From Octopus sinensis (taxonomy: Eukaryota), in NCBI RefSeq assembly GCF_006345805.1, contig NC_043006.1:66278001-66342000 (forward strand): a DNA stretch of 64,000 nucleotides, written 5' to 3'. Shown here piece after piece: positions 54,500 through 64,000 of this stretch (its first letter is position 1; each line of letters opens with the position of its first letter). Under the pieces are notes generated by a model. It ran no database searches, had not been told where the DNA came from, and saw nothing but the letters and a program-made list of their open reading frames with translations. The translations under genes were made by a program, and so were the position numbers.

Positions 54500-54855
54500 T
54501 TTAAGGACTGTATCAAGTCCCTATTTAAGGCCTGTGATATGTAGGTGACTGACTGGGAGAACAGTACCTGTCATCGCCACACATGGAGGAAGCAGGTTAA
54601 GGAGGGGGTGGGCACTTTTAAGAGAGCACGTATTCTGCATGAAGAACTTAAGCGTGCTGCTCGAAAGCGCACTGCTGGTGTGAATGAGGAAAGCTTGGTT
54701 TGCAATGTTTGCAGTCGTGAATGCTTGTCAAGAGCAGGGCTCATTAGCCACCAACGGAACCGTAAATGAAAAATATAAGTTAGTCCTAGAGCGCACAATG
54801 TTCCTGAAGGTCAGCAATGGTCTTCCTCGGTCACGAGTGGACGGCCATCATCATG
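54500..54855 (+). mobile_element. RTE/BovB-like LINE 3' end
   Basis: WE....R..WR..V..G followed by C2H2 CNVCSRECLSRAGLISHQR; (CAT)n tail; inside (TATG)n. Confidence 0.75.
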
Positions 54856-55224
54856 TATGTATGTATGTATGTATGTATGTATGTATGTATGTATGTATGT
54901 ATGTATGTATGTATGTATGTATGTATGTATGTGTGTATGTATGTGCGTCATGTGAAGGTTCGCTAAGACAATACTGTGACACCATCGTTGCCAAATCAAT
55001 GCAAAAAATTGTAAGTCTCCAGCAGGACGGAAAATCCTCATCTGTGCTGCTTATGTTTAAGAAACAATCAAGCGACGGAATCATTCAAAATCAGGTTGCG
55101 GCAATCATGCCCGCCTGCTTGCCCATCTGCTAGCCCGCCAGCCTGCCTGTCTAGTTGTCTGTCTGTCTGTATGTATGTAGGTATGCATGACTGTATGAAC
55201 GTATGCATGTGTATCTGTGTGTAC

Positions 55225-55256
<32 letters not shown>

Positions 55257-57180
55257 CTATGAATGCTGGTGTGAATCCGTATGTTGAGGCGTATCTGTGT
55301 CCAACTCGTAATTCAGTCATTCGATAAATACAGATCGATGATGTAGCAGAAACTAAAGTGAAATACATACAGAGAGACGAGACCAATATGACCGTCAAAA
55401 ATCCATGATGGCGGTGGTCTAGCTTGGCCGAAGAAAATCAATAAACGATTAGAAAATGATAATAACACCACCACCACCACCACCAACAACAACAACAATA
55501 ATAATAATAATAATAATAATAAAACCACAAACCAAAAGGCGTATGAGCGCTTGGCTGTACGTATGTGAATACAACTGAGAGCGATCAAATTTAACAAACG
55601 TTATAAAATGAGGCCTAATATTAAAATGAGCATTAAGATAGAAATACATAAATCAATATTATATACATTTGTACTTGCAAAACACATACATGTATGCACG
55701 TGCGTATGGGAGTTAAGTTTGCAAATGCATTTTGTATATATTAAGTAATGGAATTCGGCAAAAGTTAATTTTGCTTGTTTATCGAAAATTGATCTCCGAC
55801 CCTAAAATCCTATGACCTATTCTGCTAAATTAAGTTTTCGATGACCATAGCTACATTGTTGCTGTTAGTTTGAAAGGTCAGTGATGATGTCATTAGAGAT
55901 TAACGAAAGTTACTGGCAGTGATGTAACGTGGGATACGTGGACTGGAAATCTGGTTGTAATATGCTGTCTGCTCCTTCTTTTTGGCCATTAGATACGCTG
56001 TAATGTTTTTAATCCGCTCCTCTTTCTTATTTAGTTCCTGTACACAGAAATTTTCTGTGTGCAACTGAAGCAGTATTTATTCAAAATAGACATTTGTGTG
56101 TGATGAAAATTCGTCCCAACAGCGGCTAGCGATAATGCCGGACGCATTTCGGCCGCTACGAGGAACAATTTTCATCTTTCTCCGATATTTATTGCTTTTC
56201 TTTTTTAAACGCAACACATACGAGGTATCATTTCAAGACAAATACAGCAGTAACTGGCCTATCAACAATGTATATACCACTAAGTATGATACATAAGGGG
56301 CTATCACTAATTATAGTTTGAGTAGGAAGAAGGTTTGTGACTGGCTGAAGTTTAGAATATTTGGTTTTATGATTGGTTGGAAAGAAATCGGAAGTAGTTC
56401 TGTTAAGAGTTAAAAATTATTGGCATGAAAGACTGATGGTATTCTGCCTTGTCAAACACTAAAAAAAAAAAGACAAAAACGAAACAAATGGCACTCCGTC
56501 GTTACGACGACGAGTGTACCAGTTGATCGGATCAACGGAACAGCCCGCTCGTGAAATTAATGTGGAAGTGGCTGAGTACTCCACAGGTACGCGCACCCTA
56601 AACGTAGTTCTCAGGGAGATTCAGTGTGACATAGAATGGGACAAGGCTGGCCCTTTGAAACACAGGTACTACTCGTTTTTGCAAGCTGAATGGACTGGAG
56701 CAACGTGGAATATAGTGTTTAGCTTAAGGCCACAACGCATCTTATGATTATGAGCCAAATACCCTATCCATTAAGCCACGCATCTTCAATGTAGCAGGGA
56801 ATTCATGAGTTTCAAACGCTCAGACGTTTCAAAGCCATCTGTTCTTCAGTGCAAGAGATAAAGAGAGGGAGGGGAGAGTGCGTTTGACTTCTCTGGTCGA
56901 TAACTGATGAAGAATTGGTGACCTCCTGTGTTTTCTGTCCGTCTGTGTATATGTTCGTTTGTTTATTCATGACCTATTTTTAAAAATTATATAAATAGGC
57001 AGGTCATATTTTCAGTTTGTTGTCTTTTTATTTAATCTTGAAATATATATGTAATTAAAACTTTAATCTTGAAATATATATATACTTAAAAAATTTTCCC
57101 CGTATGAGGTTTTTCACGCGCGCTACTTAAGAAATTCTTATAAAGATTTTATCGTATTTTAAAATTACATATATTATATA

Positions 57181-57227
<47 letters not shown>

Positions 57228-57515
57228 ATATATCGTTATCTTTTACTTCTTGTTTCAGTCATTTGACTGCGACCATGCTGGGGCACAACCTTGAACCTTT
57301 TTTTATTAGAATGAATCGACCCCAGTATTTCATTTTTTTAAAAGCCTTGTACTTATATTCTATCGAACTCTTTTGCTGAACCGCTAGGTTACGGAGACGG
57401 AAACACAGCAACACTGGTTGTCAAGTGGTGGTGGGAGGACAAACACAGACACAAAGGCACACGTACACATATAGATACATAGATAATACATATACATATA
57501 TATATATATATATAA

Positions 57516-57576
<61 letters not shown>

Positions 57577-57888
57577 CATATACATATATATATGTATAAG
57601 TGGCTTCTTTCAGTTTCCGTCTACCAAATCCACTCACAAGACTCGAGGCTATAGTAGAAGGCACTTGACTAAGATACCACACAGTGGGACTGAACCTAGA
57701 ACCATGTGGTTGGGAAGCAAGCTTCCTACCACACAGCCACACCTGTACCTATACATATACACTTCCTAACCACGTTTCCAGGTTCAGGCCTTGGGCCATC
57801 GGCTTCTGTGATAGCCTCGGGCCGACCAAAGCCTTGTGAGTGGATCCGGATCCGGTATTCGGAAATCGAAAAAAAGCCCATGCTACAT

Positions 57889-57927
<39 letters not shown>

Positions 57928-58195
57928 TGTGTATGTGTATACATGTATACAGTCATACACACAACTATAAGCACACACGAACACGCACATACACACAAAC
58001 ACACCCAAATACACACACATATGTACGCATATATGTGGTGTGCATCTTTAAGTTTGTGTTTACATATAAATATGTGCGTATATATATGTGTAAATGTACG
58101 TATACTTATACACATTTGTGTATGTATATGTATTTATTATCATACATGTATGCACGAGTGTACGCATGTGTGATTTTGTATATGTGCTCATGTGC

Positions 58196-58235
<40 letters not shown>

Positions 58236-59610
58236 AGAGAGAGAGATAGAGAGAGAGAGATTGAGGAAGAGAATGCGAGAGAGAGACGCTACTTATATAT
58301 ATATGTGTGTGTGTGTGTGTGCATTCAAATTCATGAAGACATGCATATACTTATATACATATCTATAGACGTATACATATATATATGTATGTATGTATAT
58401 ATATATATAATATATATATATATATATGCATGTTTGTATACATGTGTGTTTGTGTGTGTGTGTTAGCATATTTGCACAGACACCACGTTTACCGTATATA
58501 ATAATATAAAATGACCCGATTCTTTAACGTGATATTTTTTGTGTCTATCTTTGTTCTTTTATCAATTTTCCTTAGAGTAATACAGTTTTTTTTGTCTCTC
58601 CAATGATTTCCCTCCGGGTTTGGACACTTTTAATATTCGCTTCCTTCACGCTTCACTTACTAAGAAAGTCGAAAATATCGAATATGCATTAATTTTTTTT
58701 TTCCCCAATCAAATCCTAAATTTTTAGAATTAAATTATTAAGTATTTGTAAAGAATTTGCGAATACTTTATTTTCATTCGTTCGTAAAAACTGCTACAAT
58801 AATCTAGTTTTATTCATAGAGTAAATTGCAAGCATCCTTACGTGAGAGACATTTTAGTTCTGATGGTTGATTTCTCTCATTTGTAATGTAACATCTCTTA
58901 TGAATATTTTCCTTTGAATTCTATTTACGAATATTTTTGTTATCTTGTTTGAGAATTACGGTCAAAACTTCGATCCGTCGAGTTGTCGGGCCTCGTATGT
59001 TAAGCACTAGGAAGCCCTTAATTATTTTGTGAGTAAGACTAAAAGGATATTCGTTATTAGAATTAATTAATGGAATAAAATGAATAAATTGATCTGCTTG
59101 ACGTGATGTTGCGTAATTTGTTTCTCTTTAATCTGTGAAAACATATTTTTAATTGAGTGAACTAAATTTACTTTACGAGTTCATATTGGTTTCAAATTTT
59201 GGCATAAAGCCAGCAAGTTTAGGAGGGGGAGGGGGCGTAAGTCGATTACATCGACCCCAGTGCTCAACTGGTACTAATTTTATCGACCTCGAAAGAATGA
59301 AAGGCAAAGTCAACCTCGGCGGAATTTGAACTCAGAACTTAAAGACGGACAAAATGCTGAGCATTTTGCCAGCCGTACCCAGTTCACCCAGTTCGACGCT
59401 TTCCGTTTTACGAGTTCATATTACTACAACACAATTCTACCTCAAACAAAGAAAACTTTGAAGCGGTCGCTCGACCTTCTGGAAAAATCAACCAAATCTC
59501 TCTCATATCACTGTCTATTTTCTTTAAAAGGACAAACACGTTAGATAATATAATCACAATTAATTGATGTTGAACCAGTGCGTGTGTTATTATTATTATT
59601 ATTATTATTA

Positions 59611-59920
59611 CTTGTTTTTTCTTCTTTCAAATTTGCTTCCATTTCTTGTCGAGTGTCTTCCCGACTCCTAGGGCAAAGAAACTCATACTATACATTGGTA
59701 GGCCATTAAACCAAACTCAGTATTCGTTCATTTTTTTTTTTTTTTTTAAGTTAAATTAACTACATGAGCAGACAACAGTTCTCACATCGACAATGCTCTT
59801 CTCAATACGTGTGATGTACCAGTTAAGACAATTTTGCACTTCTTGCAGGGATGGTAAGCCAGGGATCATTCTCATATAATTTTCGGTCCCTTCTTGATCA
59901 TTCCTAGTGCTCTAATAATA
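59611..59920 (-). mobile_element. Very short R4/Dong-like 3' end in (TAA)n
   Basis: IIRALGMIKKG...LQEVQ.IVLTGTSHVLRRALSM* across frameshifts. Confidence 0.7.
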
Positions 59921-59923
59921 ATA

Positions 59924-59968
<45 letters not shown>

Positions 59969-59996
59969 ATTATTATATTATTATATTATTATTTCA

Positions 59997-60096
<100 letters not shown>

Positions 60097-61184
60097 GATG
60101 TAATGAACTTCCCAAGACAAAACAAAATCACAGACTGTACAACAAAAAAAGACGAAAGGGAAACGTTCAGAAATCTTCAGGCTAAACCACGATTCACCTC
60201 TTTTATCACAAACGCATATTCGACCTCTTTCTCTCTCTCTCTCTCTTTCTCTCTCTCAGAACAACACTAAAACACTAACCTGAGACACATCTGCGTCACA
60301 GAGTAAGATGGCATGGGTTGGTGTTGGATTGGTTGGTTAATTTATAATTAGGTTTTTCATATCAGTGAAGCAGCTGTAGCTTAATTTAATGTTGCTTCTA
60401 ATAAATAATTTACTTTAACGGTGGTCGACTAAGAAATGGTTGTAATTAAAACCTATGAAAAATTGGTTTTCTTTTTTGCTTTGTATGGTTTAGCATTTAC
60501 TGATAAAACAAAAAGTAAATCAGACGATAATCCGATCTGTAAACGTATAAAGGATTATATGAGAATGAGGGTATATTTAATTTTATCTTAATGATAAAAT
60601 TAGATATTATGGAACAGTTGTATCGAGGTTACATTTTATGATAAAAAATGCATGAAAGACTGCTGTTAATACCATGTATCTAACAGTACTTGACTGGTGC
60701 TATATGTTCTTTGATTCATAAAGGGATGAAGGGTAAAGTTGACCTCAGCGGGATTTGAAAGCAGAACAGTAAGAGTCGGAAGAAATGTCGCAAATGATTT
60801 GTCTGATGCAATAACAATTCTGCCAGATCACCGCCTTTCAGGTTATTTAATATCGGTTTCAAATTTTGGCACAAAGCCAGCAATTTCGGTGAGGTTGTGA
60901 ATTGATTACAGTGCTCAACTGTTACGTATTTCATCGACCTCCGGAAGGATGTAAGGCAAAGTCGACCGCGGCAGGATTTGAACTCAACGCAAAGACGGAC
61001 GAAATGCCGCTAATTATTCTGCCCGGTGTGCTGCCGGTTGTGCCAGCGCACTGCCGTCTGGTTACTTCATATTGGGGTGAATAATATTTGTGTAAGAGGT
61101 CGATTTTTGTTGTTGTTGCGTGATGATTATCAACGCCCCACCCCAGTATGTGAAACTCTTAGTCACGATGTATTATCGCTAACA

Positions 61185-61224
<40 letters not shown>

Positions 61225-61271
61225 ACACACATTCACACACACGTATATATTTATATATACATGTACATATT

Positions 61272-61312
<41 letters not shown>

Positions 61313-61916
61313 GTATATATATATGTATAATCTATGTATATATATGTATATTATAATATGTGTGTGTATATATATATATGTATATATATATATACCATAT
61401 ACATATATATACATATACATATATATATGTATATATAAATATGCGCCGCGCGCGTGTGTGTGCGTGTGGGTGCGTGTGTGTGCGTGTGTGTGTGTATGTA
61501 TATATGTATGTATGCATACTCACAGCCGTACACACCAAATCAAACAGACTAAAACTTGATATGTTATATAATTAATCTTATCAGACATTCTTATCAAGAT
61601 TAGTCTTTTAGGTCCATTGTTTTTCTTGTGTTTTTTTTAAAAAACATTTTAAATGTCTTACAATTTATTTTATACTAGCGATATTGTTGTTATCCTCCTC
61701 CTCCTCCTCCTATTCACCAAACTTGTCGGCAACGTCATCGACATCATCATCCTCACGTCGTCATTATTATTATTATTATCATTATTATTATTATTATTAT
61801 TAATCTGATTGGTAATTTATCTTTTATGCAGCGGATATTGCTCTGTGTGTTGAAGTATGTTTAGAAATTGTTGCTTACTTTTTTATTTGTCTATGTATTA
61901 TGGATATTAAACAACT

Positions 61917-61994
<78 letters not shown>

Positions 61995-61996
61995 AA

Positions 61997-62061
<65 letters not shown>

Positions 62062-62373
62062 GTATATGTATGTATATGTATATATGTATGTATATGTATA
62101 TATGTATGTATATATGTATGTATATATATATGCATATGTATATGTATAATGTATATATATATGCATATGTATATGTATATATATATATGTATGTTTATAT
62201 ATATATATATATATTTATATATGTATATATATATATATATACATATACGCAGGTAGGTATGTATGTATATATATATGTGTATACATCAGTATAAACATAC
62301 ATACATATACATATGTATGTGTGTGCGTGTGTGTAAGTATGTATGCATGTTTATGTATGTTCATATATCAGTA

Positions 62374-62407
<34 letters not shown>

Positions 62408-62880
62408 GGTATACACACACACACATATATATATATATGATATGCAAGCATACCAATACATAGGCTCATATACATATACCGAGAGAGAGAGAGAGAGAGA
62501 GAGAGGAGGGGGAGGAGAGAGTTAAGCACAGTTAAGAAAAAAAGAACGCGAGAAGAGAAGATGAGAGTTAAAGAGATTGGGTAAACGAAGAAGATAAACA
62601 ACTGTGTGTGTGTGTGTATATGGGTATACACACATATATGTAGGTATCTATGCATATATATGTACTTTATATATCAATACACACACATACACGCACACAT
62701 ATATATGTGTATATATACACACATACACATACATGTGGCTGTTTGATAAGAAATTTGCTTCCCAACCTCATAGTTTCGGGTTCGGTCTCACTACGTGGCA
62801 CCTTGGGCAAGTGTCTTCTACTATAGCCTCGGGCCGAATAAGGCCTTGTGAGTGGATTTGATACTCAAAGAAGCCCGTCG

Positions 62881-62960
<80 letters not shown>

Positions 62961-62986
62961 TAACAATAACAACAACAACAACGACA

Positions 62987-63032
<46 letters not shown>

Positions 63033-63039
63033 TGATGAC

Positions 63040-63089
<50 letters not shown>

Positions 63090-63097
63090 GGATGATG

Positions 63098-63141
<44 letters not shown>

Positions 63142-63142
<1 letters not shown>

Positions 63143-63384
63143 GGCAGAAATTCAAAAGATAGTGCTCATGGGAACTGCTCATATCCTACGCAAAATACTT
63201 TCTATGTAATCTCAAGGTTTAAAACAAACATTTTTTTTTAGACATCCACCAGCACAACACAAAAAACAACCAAATATATGGCATACTAGGCATAACAACA
63301 ACGTGAACTTCCAACCTGTTGTCTCTTGAGGTCTCCGGGTGAGACTTGGAGCCAAATTGTACAAATATAAAGCAAAAGTCAAAC

Positions 63385-63387
<3 letters not shown>
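63142..63387 (+). mobile_element. Very short R4/Dong-like 3' end plus 3' UTR in (TAA)n
   Basis: AEIQKIVLMGTAHILRKILSM*, homologous to the C-termini at 775-1060 and 59611-59920. Confidence 0.75.
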
Positions 63388-63461
<74 letters not shown>

Positions 63462-63463
<2 letters not shown>

Positions 63464-64000
63464 CATGTTTATCTACTACCTATAAGATCTTGACATCTAT
63501 TCTAGTAGAGAAAACATATACGTTTATGGAAGAGAATAACCTCTTTCCCACTGAACAAAAAGGATGCAGACGAGGCTCATACGGATGTAAAGATCAGCTC
63601 CTAATTAATCGCATGATACTTGAGAACTGCCATAACAAGCGCAGAAATCTCAGCTCTTCATGGGCTGATTATAAAAAAGCCTTTGGCAGCATACCACATT
63701 CGTGGATTCTGAAATGGCTGGATATTTTCAAAATTTCTCCTGTGATTTCAGATATTTTAAAGTATAATATGTCACTATGGAACACGAAGCTCCAATTATA
63801 TCATTCTAATGGAGTATTGCACTCAAACAACATTAGCATAAACTGTGGAATTTTCCAAGGTGACTCACTTTCACCACTAATATTCTGCATAGCACTAATA
63901 CCACTCTCAAATGAACTGAATAGAACAGGATATGGCTACAAAATTGACAACAAGAAAATTAAGCCATCTATTTTATATGGATGACTTAAAGCTATATGGC
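63462..64000 (+). mobile_element. Non-LTR retrotransposon RT domain (R4/Dong-like), runs off the window
   Basis: EQKGCRRGSYGCKDQLLIN, DYKKAF.SIPHSWI, GIFQGDSLSPL and a frameshifted YMDDLKLY; preceded by (TAA)n. Confidence 0.92.

Overview
AT-rich, microsatellite-saturated eukaryotic intergenic or intronic DNA. The SINE set resembles what I recall from octopus genomes, so a cephalopod origin is an inference. No intact host gene is supported: almost all listed ORFs are translations of simple repeats. The window is a mosaic of 5'-truncated RLE-type (R4/Dong-like) non-LTR retrotransposons sitting in (TAA)n, RTE-like LINE ends, two copies of a Tc1-like transposon with DD36E spacing, mariner/maT and pogo/Tigger remnants, four tRNA-derived SINE families, three local duplications and one 100-N gap. 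The most notable signal is a set of non-coding hammerhead-ribozyme (HHR) retroelements. Three distinct families (15933-16337, 27917-29123, 36630-37614) share one architecture: an inverted partial copy, then direct or tandem units carrying a type I HHR with a palindromic stem III, a shared CCCT-n-w-ATTG motif, and a TA-microsatellite flank. There is also a tRNA-headed SINE carrying a minimal HHR, and Penelope-like terminal remnants with minimal HHRs. All RNA folds were paired by hand and none is tested for activity.
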